In this document: one piece after another, positions 11,481 to 23,688 of the stretch | How the letters are laid out: each line of letters begins with the position of its first letter | How positions within the stretch are numbered: position 1 is the stretch's first letter | Source of the DNA: Octopus sinensis | Taxonomy: Eukaryota | Reading direction: 5' to 3' | DNA length: 31,998 nucleotides | NCBI RefSeq assembly: GCF_006345805.1 | Contig: NW_021829673.1 | Coordinates: forward strand, 1-31,998 | The notes under the pieces: generated by a model | What the model saw: only the letters and a program-made list of their open reading frames with translations | Told to the model about the DNA's origin: nothing | Database searches by the model: none | Translations under genes and position numbers: made by a program

Positions 11481-11776
11481 TATATCATAAAACACGACTC
11501 TGGGTGTCAATGGTGTGGTGCCTGTATGTATGGTGTTTGAGTATCTGAGCTGTGACCGTGTCTGGCATGATTGATTTGAGGGAAATTGTGTGTAATAAAT
11601 ATTGTAGGAAAGGCAGTGTTGAAAAGGTAAGGAGTCAGGAGTAGCGAGGGAAAACAAAGACGGTCATTAAAAAGCCCCAAATGGTATCAGTTGGCCTCTG
11701 CTTTAGCTGGAGAATAGTCATGATATGAGATCCTTTAAATATACATGTGTCTGTAGACAATATATAATGGCCACAA

Positions 11777-12362
11777 GGCGGCGAGTTGGCAGAAACGTTA
11801 GCACGCCGGGTGAAATGCTTAGCGGTATTTCGTCCGCCGTTCCGTTCTGAGTTCAAATTCCGCCGAGGTCGAGTTTGCCTTTCATCCTTTCGGGGTCGAT
11901 AAATTAAGTACCAGTTACGCACTGGGGTCGATGTAATCGACTTAATCCGTTTGTCTGTTCTTGTTTGTCCTCTCTGTTTTTAGCCCCTTGTGGTTAGTAA
12001 AGAAATAGGTATTTCGTCTGCCGTTACGTTCTGAGTTCAAATTCCACCGGGGTCGATTAAATATGTCCCAGTTACGCATTGGTATCGATATAATCCATTT
12101 AGTCCGTTTGTCTATCCTTGATTGTCCCCTCTGTGTGTAGCCCCTTGTGGGCAGTAAAGAAATAAGAAACGTTAGCACGTTGGGCGAAATGCTTAGCGGT
12201 ATTTCGCCTGTCTTTACCTTCTGAGTTCAAATTCCGCCGAGGTCGACTTTGCCTTTCATTCTTTTGGGATCGATAAATTAAGTACCACTTACGTACTGGA
12301 ATTAGTCTAATCGACTGGCTTGGTCCCGCAAAATTTCGGGCCTTGTGCCTAGAGTGGAAGCG
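11777..12362 (+). mobile_element. SINE family A, full trimeric form
   Basis: Three successive units, each containing ttctgagttcaaattcc. Near-perfect 14-bp TSD atatataatggcca (11760-11773) / atatataatagcca (12364-12377). Confidence 0.9.
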
Positions 12363-12501
12363 TATATATAATAGCCAAAGTCAAGTAACTGAAACAAATA
12401 AAAGAATAAAAGAATGTATGTGTGGAGTGTGTATGTGTGTGTGTGCGCGTGTGTGTGTGTGCGTGTGGGTGCCTGTATGAGTGTGTGTATGTGTGTGTGT
12501 G

Positions 12502-12535
<34 letters not shown>

Positions 12536-12548
12536 GCAAATGCATTAC

Positions 12549-12665
12549 TGTGTGGTAAGATGTTTGACTCCCAAATACATATTTCTGGGCAAGTGTGTCT
12601 TAACCACGAGCCGAACAAAACCTTGTGGAATTGGTACGTGAAAACTGACAGAAGCCTGCTGTATA
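12549..12665 (+). mobile_element. Degenerate SINE family B head
   Basis: ctgtgtggtaag...tgggcaagtgtgtctt...aaaactgacagaagcc. Confidence 0.6.
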
Positions 12666-13004
12666 TATATATGTATATATATGCATGTATGTATATGTCG
12701 AATGAACTGGAACATTCATATTTGTAATCAACAGAATGGCAGTTATATGACTTATATACACCCGTTTACATACATACATACACACATACATATACATGAG
12801 GAATATATTTGAACAGCAAACATGCTTTCCATTTGTTCGCTTGTTGTTATTGTGTGTTTCAACCTAATTAAGGTTCATCAGTGCATATTAGTATATTTAG
12901 ACATGTGTTATACTTGTAGAAGCATTACATTTGTTTACTTAGAAATGCGATTAAAGTTGGAATGAACGATTTAAGCACACACACTGACTGACACACACAC
13001 ACGC

Positions 13005-13037
<33 letters not shown>

Positions 13038-13306
13038 AATATATATACGTGCATACACACATCCTTATACATTTCACCCGATTAAAATATTATCTGAAAA
13101 CATCGACAAAGATAGGAATATCCATATACACACACACATACACACAATTATATACTTACACACGTTGCACCCACGTGAACTCACATTCATACTCTGATAT
13201 ACACATATAATTACAGGGCCATTACGATGCTAACCATCTACAGTCAGTCGTTGGCATTGTAAATATCGAAACAGCGGTTACATTGGTCTGGAACCATTAG
13301 AAATTC

Positions 13307-13654
13307 TTACACAATAATCTCATTTACTTCAACATCTCTGCTAATGGACGAATCTTGTCTGGCATCTCTTCTAATAGAAATTGCTTCTGAATATATTTTA
13401 TCGTATTCCTTATACGGTTCACTTTGTTGGTGACTAACTCTTCCTTTGTGTGCGTCTGTTGTTCTGTATTTTCTCAGGAAATCAGTTCCTTGTATCCTTC
13501 TGCCATTATCAGCTAATTGAAGAATTGATAAATTGTTAATTTGTGGCGAATTGTTTTTTCGATGCACTAGCGGTCTATCCATGGGAAGTCGGTACAATGA
13601 AGGAAAGGAAATGTTATTTTCCGAAACCTTTTCTAAACATTCATTAACGCACAA
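13307..13654 (-). CDS. Candidate terminal coding exon of an unidentified host gene (115-codon non-repetitive ORF)
   Basis: Long stop-free frame in unique, non-microsatellite DNA with protein-like composition; no recognisable domain. The best upstream acceptor (tttcgttctcccag, ~13671) is separated from the ORF by an in-frame TAA. A weaker acceptor tttag lies inside the ORF. Confidence 0.3.
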   Translation of the reverse strand: MCVNECLEKVSENNISFPSLYRLPMDRPLVHRKNNSPQINNLSILQLADNGRRIQGTDFLRKYRTTDAHKGRVSHQQSEPYKEYDKIYSEAISIRRDARQDSSISRDVEVNEIIV

Positions 13655-13744
13655 CGTTGTTTACAGATTTCTGGGAGAACGAAATTCTTAGGAGATGTCA
13701 TCTAACTTTCTCTAATATCACCCTCTACTCTTTTATACGAAGAC

Positions 13745-13850
13745 AAACATACACAAACACACGCAAACACGCATGCGTGCTTGCATACAAACATACAAAC
13801 ATTCATACATACCATTTATCTTATTTTCCATTTCAAACATACATATATAC

Positions 13851-13905
<55 letters not shown>

Positions 13906-13959
13906 CATACATACATGCATACATACATACATACATGCATATATACATATGTATGTATG

Positions 13960-13990
<31 letters not shown>

Positions 13991-14090
13991 TATATACACG
14001 CATACGTGCCTACATATGCACGCAAACATATACGCACACATACACACACACGCATCCCCCACCACACATATACACGCGTATATGCATATA
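13745..14090. repeat. (CA)/(TA)/(CATA) compound microsatellite
   Basis: Direct reading. Confidence 0.9.
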
Positions 14091-15632
14091 GATGTTCTGA
14101 CTGATTTTGCCCATGAAAAAATTCTTCCTGCATATATAGTAAAAAGGATTTGAAAGTTCCCTTCCTCACATCCAATACAACGCAAACACTTCCACCCATC
14201 CACGCCCCACAGTTTTAGATATAGTTTATCTGAAGAACATGCATGGCATGGTTCTACGTGGAATCTCTTTGATCCTGAGTATGATCAATCAGAGCTCAGC
14301 TGGGTCTCAACAATACCTACAACAACATGAAGAAGACCTCTGGAGTAAATGACATATTTTGATAACATTTCTGGATAGGGAAATACTTTCCCGGAATCCA
14401 ATTCCTCACAAGCAAATTGAGATAGATTCCAGCTTAGGAAAAACTCCTTCGATTAGAGAATCCATTTCTCTATTTTTTTCCCATTATCTCGGGGAAAAGT
14501 CCTATTTTTATTGCGTTAATCTTCGAGAAATCGGATTTCTTTATCGTTTCGATGCATTTATGATATACAACATTACAAATGTTACTTCAACCTTATCTTA
14601 TATCTAGCCACACACAACACACCCAAATACATATTCTTCGCTATTATAAAATAATAACAGTATTCCCCATTAACTTAGCAGCTTTCCCTAATTGCACATT
14701 TTGTACCTGTAAAACTTCGATATTTGGAAGAAGAACGAATGCGGGAAACACAGATCTGTAGCTCAGCTATTTAAGCTAAATTTTCTCCAGAATATTTAAG
14801 TGACACCTAGATGCACTACCCAGACACATGATCTGCAAAAGAATGGCGAAACAGCCGCTACTGTCTCGCAGATCCATCAAATACCAGTCTGGCTTGGCAT
14901 GGTGCTGTATTCGTCACAGATTATAAAGACAACAGAAAGCTTTTAATCTAAAAGAAGTGCCCCAGCACATCTAGAGATTTACTTAAATTTTATGAACAAC
15001 TAAAACAAAATGAGTTTCTTTATTTGCTTTCCTCATTTCGGTTTTGAAGAAATATAAATATTTCAAATTAGAGAATGTGTTTTATCTCAAACTTTAGCAT
15101 TTCTGCAAAACCCATAAAAGTCAAAAGACACACAGACACTTTACATTCCGTGTATTGAGTCCTTTAATGTCTGACAGATTTGCTTAATCTACAGATTATG
15201 TTAACCAACGAAAGATATCTAAATTGAATTATATAAACTGTTCTGACACTAAACATGTTTTGAAGATAGCACTTTAGATGTGTGTTATGCCGGCAACTTC
15301 CTTTCAAAGAATTTCAAAGAATTCACATTATGACATAACATCTGCTCAAGAATTGGTGCAAGTCTTTGATCAGATTTATAATGGGACAACACACACGACT
15401 TTTAACTAGTAGAATCTCTAATTGTTATTATTGCTGTTTACTCTCCAGGTCAGAATCTGATCCACCAGCCATATCAAATAAAAGTGTCTGTCTCTTCTGT
15501 TTTTCATATATATATATATATATATATCTTGATTCTTCCGTCTATCTACTGCTACACACTCTCTCTCTCGCTTTCTCTCTCTCTTCTCCCCCTCCTTAAT
15601 TTCTTTGTTCCTCTTTTTCTCTCTCTTCTTTT

Positions 15633-16130
15633 CTCACGTGACCGTTGGCCGACTGCTAGCCCTTTTTGCGTTTGCCCACAGTCACTGCCACATCGATATT
15701 ATTCCCTCTGCCGCAAGGCTTCATTTCTACACACGCCACCTGAATTCAATTCGTCCCCAGTCGAAAGACGCCTGTTGTTATGTCCTGTTATTATTATTAT
15801 TATTGTTTTTTAAATTTTTTTTATTGTATGTTTGTATTCATATTCGTGTAACATCGTCTATTTTTCCGTCCTTGTTTCGTATACATTCGATGCTTTTTCC
15901 CAAGGAATCTAATGCTCTTAGCTTAGTTTTTCTTTGGGGCTGGCCAGATTGGAGCAATCTCAAGATTAATCAGCCGAAATTGCGAGGATGATCCGGTTCT
16001 TGACTGAAGAAAAAAGGCTTCGAATGACCCGTCCGTGTTTTTTGTATCGTCTTCTGGATGTTTTGTTGTCCCTTTTTTTTTCACCTAGTTGTTCGGATGT
16101 TTTGCGTTCTTGTCCCATTTTGTATTTTAT
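15633..16130 (+). mobile_element. Non-autonomous TA-targeting dispersed repeat (family C), copy 1
   Basis: Reverse-complement homologue of 30401-30844 (e.g. ctcaagattaatcagccgaaattgc, ggcttcgaatg, gttcttgtccca). Preceded by a CT tract and ends in (TA)n. Confidence 0.85.
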
Positions 16131-16154
16131 TATATATATATATATATATATATA

Positions 16155-16345
16155 TCGTTTTGGCATTTGGTTTGCAAGATTCTTTATGTTGTGAGATCGT
16201 GTGTTGAAACATATTTTGTTGTGTCTGGGGAGAGTCATTCACTCAATAAATAAATAAGAAAATGAGTGAAAACTTTACCGATGAGAGTGTTAAATAATAT
16301 ACCAATAAAAGAGAATGACTTTCACCAGACACACCAATATATTAT
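16155..16345. mobile_element. Short repeat remnant with inverted arms
   Basis: atattttgttgtgtctggggagagtcattc (16211-16240) versus gaatgactttcaccagacacaccaatatat (16313-16342): imperfect reverse complements, between microsatellites. Confidence 0.6.
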
Positions 16346-16374
16346 AAGTGTGTGTGTGTGTCTGTGAATATATG

Positions 16375-16454
<80 letters not shown>

Positions 16455-16478
16455 TGTATATATATTTAATACCATTCA

Positions 16479-16668
16479 TTAGCACACCGGACAAAATGCT
16501 TAACGATATTTCGTACGTCTTCACGTTCTGAGTTCAAATTCTACCGAGATCGACTTTGTCTTTCATCCTTTCTGGGCGGATAGAATAAGAACAAGCTGAG
16601 TACTGGTGTTGATTTAATCGGTTTTCCGAAATTCTCCGAAATTCCTGGCCTCGTGCCAAAATTTGAAA
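16479..16668 (+). mobile_element. SINE family A, older monomeric copy
   Basis: ttagcacaccggacaaaatgctt...ttctgagttcaaattct...gactttgtctttcatcc...ggcctcgtgccaaaatttgaaa. Confidence 0.85.
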
Positions 16669-16892
16669 TTAACATATATATATAATTATATTTTTTAATG
16701 GTTGTGCCCCAGGATGGCCACAGCTCATGAGCTGAAACTAGATCAAATCAAATGTCTGATTTGTTCATACAAACGAGAGAAGTAGTACTCAATACACAGA
16801 ATAGTTATATCATTTATGCATAGTCATGAGGCTTTCTTTATGTTGAGCTATGTGTGTAATGTGTCCATATCTCGCTTTGGGTTTGTTTTTAA

Positions 16893-17115
16893 CCCATTTT
16901 AACCCGGGTTAACCCTGTCGAAATTTTGAAGATAGTTATATAAATAGGGATAACAAACATACGGAAGCGTTCAGTTAACCTTTATTGCAGTAAATAAACC
17001 CAATACAATGGTTAAATAAATACAACACGCTTTATTTTGCGTCCAGTTAACCTTTATTGCAATAAAACAGACCAAATACAACTGTCCTCAAACGAGGACT
17101 GTGGGTTAAAATGGG
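16893..17115. mobile_element. piggyBac-type MITE
   Basis: Perfect 13-bp TIRs cccattttaaccc/gggttaaaatggg; TTAA at 16889-16892 and 17116-17119; internal ~42-bp direct repeat (cagttaacctttattgca). Confidence 0.85.
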
Positions 17116-17266
17116 TTAAGCGATGAAAACCCTGTTGTATTACCAGGAAGACAATTCCAATGCTCCTATTCCAAAGTCCAGCTTTCGATTCGGTAGAGAT
17201 GTTTGCTCCCTGCGCATATATAAAGGGTAAGAATATAACGCTGTACGCACGCAGGAGTAGGAAATA

Positions 17267-18151
17267 TTGGGTTATCCCATAAATAATACGGTTTTTTCAA
17301 TTGCATGAACTAAAAGTCGGAGTGGGACGGGATAAACTACCTTCATCAACTTGCTATAAAAGCAGATAGTAATTTCACCTTGTCCTTAGTCTTAGTGCAA
17401 GTTTTAAAGAGTGTAGCTCGATTTTAACAGTTATGTTTTCAAAGCTGTAATTGAAGTGACGAAGGAGCATATTCGAGATATTTTGCTTTTTGAATTCAAT
17501 AAAGGCAACAACGCAACGCAGAGTGCGAGGAATATCGATGCAGTATATGGGGATTGGACAATATGCGTAAGTCTGTGCCAACGGTAGTTCCAGAATTACT
17601 GAGCCAGAATCTACAGCCTAGAAGACGACCCTCGTCCTGGAAGACCTGTAGAGCTTGACGAGGACATTTGCAAACCCTGGTGGAACAAAATCCCATCGTA
17701 ACTGTTGAGGAACTAGCAGAGAAGCTTGAATTTGGTCATTCAACCATTCATCAACACCTGCGTGCCATCGGAAAATGACCATCTTTGCTTTAAAGATGAA
17801 AGGTGTTCTTCCATCAGGATAATGCTCGACGACATACAACGAGGATGTCATTCCAATGGCTGGAGCAGTTTGAATGGGAAATGATACCCCACCCACCATA
17901 TTCACCCCATCAAATTATCATTTATTCAGCAGTCTTCAAAATCATTTGGACGGGAAAAATATGAATTCTGTTGACGAGGTCAGAGCAGTACTGGAAGAGT
18001 ATTTTCGTCACGGACAAGTGAATTTTGGAAGAGAGGCCTTACAAGTCTACCAGATAGATTGGAAGAACATTGTAGAAAATGAAGGAGCATATATTTTAGA
18101 TTAAAACAGAATTTTTTATAAAGCAACCGCATTATTTACGGGATGACCCAA
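17267..18151 (+). mobile_element. Internally deleted mariner transposon with transposase pseudogene
   Basis: TIRs ttgggttatcccataaataatacggtt / aaccgcattatttacgggatgacccaa with TA TSD. Remnant peptides EHIRDILLFEFNKG, LEDDPRPGRPVELD, VEELAEKL, HQDNAR, HPPYSP, PSNYHLFSSLQNHL and WKNIVENEGAYILD, with stops, frameshifts and loss of the N-terminal part of the catalytic domain. Confidence 0.95.
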
Positions 18152-18179
18152 TATTATTTCGATATTTAATAATATAGAG

Positions 18180-18350
18180 TAGTAGACCGCAACCTTTCGT
18201 CATTTTCGGTACACTTATATTCTTTTCAGAATTCGGTGGCACACTTGAACTAAAACTACAACTAAAAGTATAGGGAAATAATTATATTCAGGTTACACTG
18301 CGGCACACCTTGTCACACACTAGTGTGCCGTGGAGTACCGGTTGCATAAG
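18180..18350. mobile_element. Degenerate hAT (Charlie-like) MITE
   Basis: gcaacc...ggttgc ends and internal cggcacac/gtgtgccg motifs typical of hAT non-autonomous elements; the termini are eroded. Confidence 0.45.
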
Positions 18351-18453
18351 TTTTTAGTAGTTTAGTCAGAAGACTAACTGCTAGTGCACATGACTGTTCA
18401 GAATCTCGGAGACTGCTGAAAGATGACTGAATTACTGATCAAGAATAAGATAG

Positions 18454-18928
18454 ATCTTCTATCTTTTATCTCTTATCTGATTCAGTAATGTGACTGCGGC
18501 CATGCTGGGGCACTGCCTTGAAGGCTTTTAGTCTAACTAATCGACCCCAGGACTTATCTTTTAAAGCCTAGTACTTATTCTATTGCCTCTTTTGCCGAAC
18601 CGCTAAGTTACGGGGACGTAAACAGACCAACACTGGTTGTCAGGCGGTGGTGGGGGTCAGACTCATACACACACAGAGTTTCACTGTCTGTCACACACAC
18701 ATGCCCACGCACGAACGCACGCACGAACACACGCGCACACATACATACACACAAATACGACAGGCTTCTTTCTGTTTCCGTCGACTAAACCCACTCACAA
18801 ATATTTTGGTCGGCGCAAGGTTAGACTAAAAGACATATGGCTCAGGTGCCGCGCAGTGGGACAGAACCTGGAACCATGAGATTCCAAACTACTAACAAAC
18901 TACTTACCACACAGCCACACCTGCACCT
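18454..18928 (-). mobile_element. SINE family B full-length copy
   Basis: Reverse complement of the tail, internal (CA)n, then head ending ccacacagccacacctgcacc. Confidence 0.9.
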
Positions 18929-19399
18929 CAAAACGGACCCCTGATCCTGATGTTTTGCAACACAGTGAATTTCGCTACAGGCAACCTATTCTAAGGAGGT
19001 TTTGTTAAAGCAGATGATGAGTTAAGGTCTTGAAGTTTTCAGTGAAAAGCTAAATTAAAATTAAATATCTGATAAAACGAGGAAGAGAAAACGATATTTT
19101 TCCATTACTGATAATGTATTATTTCGAATTTCTAAAACGCCGAATGTCTACTACGATATAATTCAAACAAATTATTTAGAACTTTTATATTATAAAATTA
19201 ATATAAAGACATCAACGTCGAGACAGCATTATAATCAATCATGGAATTATTATTCATATTCTAGAAAGATTCATTATTAAGAAAAGGAATATAAAAAAAT
19301 ATAGAAAAGGTTCGCCGCCGCCAGAAATAGCTGCATCCCCATCGCTGGCACCAACAATGACGGCATTAACAAAGCCAGCACTACCAGCACCACTAACGT

Positions 19400-19790
19400 G
19401 GACGCGCAATGGCCCGTTAGTTAAGGCAGCGGACTCGCGGTCGGAGGATCGCGGTTTCGATTGCCAGACCGGGCGGTGTGTGTGTTTATTGAGCGAAAAC
19501 ACCTAAAGCACCACGAGGTTCCGGCAGGTGGTGGTGGCGACCCCTGTTGTAGGCTTTCGCTCCAAATTTCTCTCACTCTCTCTTCCTGTTTCTTGTCCCC
19601 GACTGCCTACGCAACCGCTGAGCCTGGATGACATTCATCTATCCGTCGATGCTCTTGGTGTCGGGGGCTGACCTGCTTTCTCTTCTGCGGGTCTTACGAA
19701 TAGCAAAGGACCACGTTTCGGACTTCTCCCATCTTGCAAACTCTGAGACGAAGGCCGTTCGCTCAACAGCAAGAGCAACAGTACCACCAA
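19400..19790 (+). mobile_element. SINE family D, tRNA(Arg)-like head with (CAA/CAG) tail
   Basis: A-box-like tggcccgttagttaagg, anticodon-arm-like gcggac-tcg-cggtc, B-box-like ggtttcgattgcc, then a ~300-bp body and a caacagcaa tail. Confidence 0.75.
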
Positions 19791-19926
19791 CAAAATAATA
19801 ACATATCAATTACGACAACACAAGTATTGAGATAATTAGAGAGACTGTAAATGGTTAAACCATTCGTTTCGTGGAAATGGTGAGGAAATCTCAGTAAATT
19901 CATATGGTAATGTTAAAGAAATGTTG

Positions 19927-20128
19927 GTTTTAAATTTAGGCACAAGGCCAGTAATTTCAGGAGGAGTTGTAAGGCGATTACAATAATTGCAGAGCTCAGC
20001 TAGTACCGGCCCTGAAAGGATGTAAGGCGAAGTCGATGTCAGCGGAATTTGAGCTCAAAATGCGAAGATGGATGAAATGCCGCTAAGCCTGTTTCCCAGC
20101 ATGCTAACGATTCTCTCAGCTCAACACC
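19927..20128 (-). mobile_element. SINE family A, old monomeric copy
   Basis: Reverse complement of family A; 19-bp TSD with 2 mismatches, taatgttaaagaaatgttg (19908-19926) / taatgttacagaaatattg (20129-20147). Confidence 0.8.
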
Positions 20129-20449
20129 TAATGTTACAGAAATATTGCAATCTTCATAGACACTCGGTGAATTAAAGACGAGATAGTCATGGAAGGAATG
20201 GCTCGGTTATATGACTGCCGACAGCTAACTTCGGGTTCATCAACAACAGCGTGATGATTACTTGAAATTATTTTTTGGGAAATATCGTAATCCGTTCGTT
20301 AGTGTTACTAATTAAGCAATGACGTGGACGCCTACCTTCTAATATGGCGTCATCTTTCTGGCAGTGGAACTTCAACAAAAGAATTAATGCTGTTATCTGA
20401 TGAAACACACGATATAGCATTATCTAGAAAATATATGCTCACCCCTAAT

Positions 20450-20568
20450 CATATACACATATACATACACATGTATAAATATATATATATGCATGTATAT
20501 ATATATATATATATTATATATATATGCATGTATATATATATATGTATATATATATGCATATATATATA

Positions 20569-20602
<34 letters not shown>

Positions 20603-20620
20603 ACATGTATACATACACAA
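20450..20620. repeat. (TA)n microsatellite
   Basis: Direct reading. Confidence 0.95.
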
Positions 20621-20903
20621 GCTGACGTACATATCACACACAAACTTACTATGAGACATTACTGCTGAGGTATACACACAAAATACACAAGGAAGTGGGA
20701 ATACGATAAATTCCAATTTTCACCAGACGCGGCGCTATGTTTCGATTGCTAATTCAATTTTATCAGTGGGAAGGAACAGTGTGTGTGTGGGCTGATGTTG
20801 AGCGCATATGCGCGTACTTGCGCAGATATATGTGTGAGGGCGTGTATTTGCGTGTGTGCGTATATATTAATGCATATAACTACATATATACATATTATAT
20901 ATA

Positions 20904-20945
<42 letters not shown>

Positions 20946-21390
20946 TATACTGTGTAATCTATTGCAACTTTAGAGAATTCCATATTCTTAGCAGTGAGGA
21001 TTTAACGTTGATATTTCAGTTGTTTTTGTCGATCAACAATGTAATCATCCGAATGGTTAGCAAGGGGAAATCGCAATTCATTTCTGTATAATTTCCATAT
21101 ATTCTAAATATTTATTTCTATATTTATAATCGTACTACCTCGCCTGTTTAGCGCCTCTGTCCTTAGCTTTATATTACGCGGTATTATTTTAGCTCTCATT
21201 TGAAGTAAATAGCACATTTCCATAAACGTATAACACTAGATATCTTGGGTAGCAGACATACATATGTACGTATGTATGTATGTATGTATGTATGTATGTA
21301 TGTATGTATGTATGTATGTATGCATGTATGCATGTATGTATGTATGTATATGTGCAGGTTTGTATGTTTTGCTTTATGTATTGTATATAG

Positions 21391-21875
21391 TTGCATATCT
21401 AGACATGCTCATATATATTTAAATGATAAACTTCTGGAAAGTTTTACAGATTTTTACAGTTCCAGTGATGGGTTGGATCTGTAGTCTTCGAATTAGCTTT
21501 CTCCTTTCTGGTTTTGTGAAGCCTAATTATGTATGTATATGTACAAATTCGAATATTTTACGTATGTATTCTCAATCATATATTTGCATATCTAGACATA
21601 CTCATATATATTTAAATGATAAACTTCTGGAAAGTTTTACAGATTTTAACAGTTCTGGTGATGGATTGGATCTGTAGTCTTCGAACTTGCTTTCACCTTT
21701 CTGGTTTTGTGAAGCCTCATTTCTCAAGTTTGGTATTTAGGCAGTGTGCTACATATTCCAGGGCCCCAATAATTACAGGTTTAAATCTGTAATCTGTATA
21801 GAGTAACTGCAAGTTTTTCAATAGTTCAGCATAGGTGTTCTCTTTTCTACTCATTTTCGGCTTTTAAATTTCAGT
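21391..21875 (-). mobile_element. R4/Dong-type (REL-endonuclease) LINE 3' end, with a duplicated terminal ~134 bp
   Basis: Minus frame SRKENTYAELLRNLQLLYTDYRFKPVIIGALEYVAHCLNTKLEK*GF...TVKICKTFQKFII* fits the K..KY..L / PIIIGALG end of REL domains. 21391-21524 repeats 21584-21717. Confidence 0.8.
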
Positions 21876-22229
21876 GTTTAAATCTGATTGATTTCACTTA
21901 TGCACATGTGTATATACAAACACTTGTATGTATATTAACGTGTATAAACTGCTATTACATGCTAAACTTCCAGAATGATATACATATTTTTACATTTCCA
22001 TTAATTGTATTTTAATTGCCATTTCGTAATTAGCTACCTTCTTCCTGGTTACGTGGAACATAGATCTAAGACATTATTCTGACTAAAATAATCCAATACT
22101 TCACAAACGTCAGTTATGAATTAATATCTCTCGTGCGCTTGATGCATATTTCTTATTATTTCACAGTTCTTCTATACTTTTAATGTTTTATTAACTTTTA
22201 CTGGACATCTGTTCCTGCTGTAGGTATGA

Positions 22230-22350
22230 TGGAATCATAATTAAATGTTGTCGCCAATACACCTAGATTCTTAGACAGGATAGCATCATGATGGGATTTT
22301 GGGAATAATTGTGAGGTGTGTCACATTTTCAGCGTTAATTCTACATTGTA
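22230..22350 (-). pseudogene. Highly decayed LINE zinc-knuckle remnant (possibly the same clade)
   Basis: Minus frame CRINAENVTHLTIIPKIPS*CY resembles the CxxC..E.VTHIISSCPKM..RYY knuckle, and lies upstream of the REL remnant in the correct order. Confidence 0.35.
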
Positions 22351-22415
22351 TGTCCCAGCTAAGGCCAGATCAAAACCAATAGAAGCCCTAAGCACATAAA
22401 AAATTTAGGTACATT

Positions 22416-22472
<57 letters not shown>

Positions 22473-22629
22473 TACATATGTAATCCAAAATATAAACAAT
22501 ATTAAACCATAAAATGATATGTTTTTTTTCAAAATGAAACAGAACTAACGGTACGATGGAAAATAATGATTGCTTTTGTATACTTTCACTTTATATCCTC
22601 CTCCTCTTCCTCCTCCTTATCATCATCAT

Positions 22630-22800
22630 CCAGTGTTACGCACTGGGGTCGATATAATCGACTTAATCCCTTTGTCTGTTTTTGTTTTGTCCCCTCTGTG
22701 TTTAGTCGATAGAATAAGTAGCAGTTGTGTACTGGTGTTGATCTAATCGACTGGACCCCTACCCCCCAAATTCCAGGCCCTGTCCCTAGAGCAGAAAAGA
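22630..22800 (+). mobile_element. SINE family A 3' fragment
   Basis: gttacgcactggggtcgatataatcgacttaatcc...aaattccaggccctgtccctagagcagaaaaga. Confidence 0.85.
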
Positions 22801-23322
22801 ATATAGTTTCCATCCGATATTTTATGACAACAAAGCCAAGCTCGGCCTTCTAGTGATAACCAGAAAGTCCTCCGCCGGATGCTTTGCTGTGATAAAGCTG
22901 TACAACTCCCCTGGATATGTATCTCTACTCACCATTTAGGAACTACTTTCCGCGGAACCGCTTACCGACTATCATGGCACTAATTGTTTAGTGCATGTCG
23001 AATTATCATTGAAACGCCAGGACACACGGTAGGTACCAGTTTGTGCAGTGGGTTCGATGCAACATTTAAAACTGTTTAAATTGATATTACGGCTAGGCAT
23101 CCTTGTTCTTTTGGTGGGTGGAGCGAGTGAATATAATTGCTGAAGTGAAAATTTCGATTGGTGGTTAATAGTTTTCAGGTTTCACCCTTAATGCACTGGA
23201 TCTCTTTAAGGGTCTAACATTATGAGTGTCTGATTTATTAGATGCCGAAAGCTCTGTTAACCATCCCGTTATTATATGCGTGTAATATCCCCTGGTTGCA
23301 CAAGGGTTACTAAAAGGTCTAC

Positions 23323-23406
<84 letters not shown>

Positions 23407-23452
23407 GTCTGCACACACACACACACACACACACACAACACACACTCACACA
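23323..23452. repeat. (TCTA)n + (CA)n microsatellite
   Basis: Direct reading. Confidence 0.95.
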
Positions 23453-23688
23453 GACCTAGGCTGCTCATAAATCGTCTTTACAACTGTCACAGTTCATTAT
23501 ATTCTATCTTCTAGATGTGTTGCATGCGACCAATTGAGTCCACGTAGATATGCTCTGAAGTTTCTAATAAAAACATTATTTGTTTGCCAATAAACTCTCC
23601 TGAGTTATCCTTGTTTTGAATGGTTTCTTCTGAATTTTTCAAATTGTAAAAGTTATTTATGGACATATATATATATATATATTATATA

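Noticed and set aside
14690-14945. Short possible exons
   Set aside because: Weak splice signals, short frames, no homology recognised
15975-16030. Hammerhead in family C (ctgaaga...cgaatg)
   Set aside because: No GAAA core downstream and no convincing stems I/III
19400-19475. Functional tRNA-Arg gene
   Set aside because: Acceptor and anticodon stems do not pair properly, and the sequence continues into a SINE body and tail
22925-23075. Minus-strand exon suggested by strong donors (gtgagt, gtaagc)
   Set aside because: All three frames upstream of the donors contain stops
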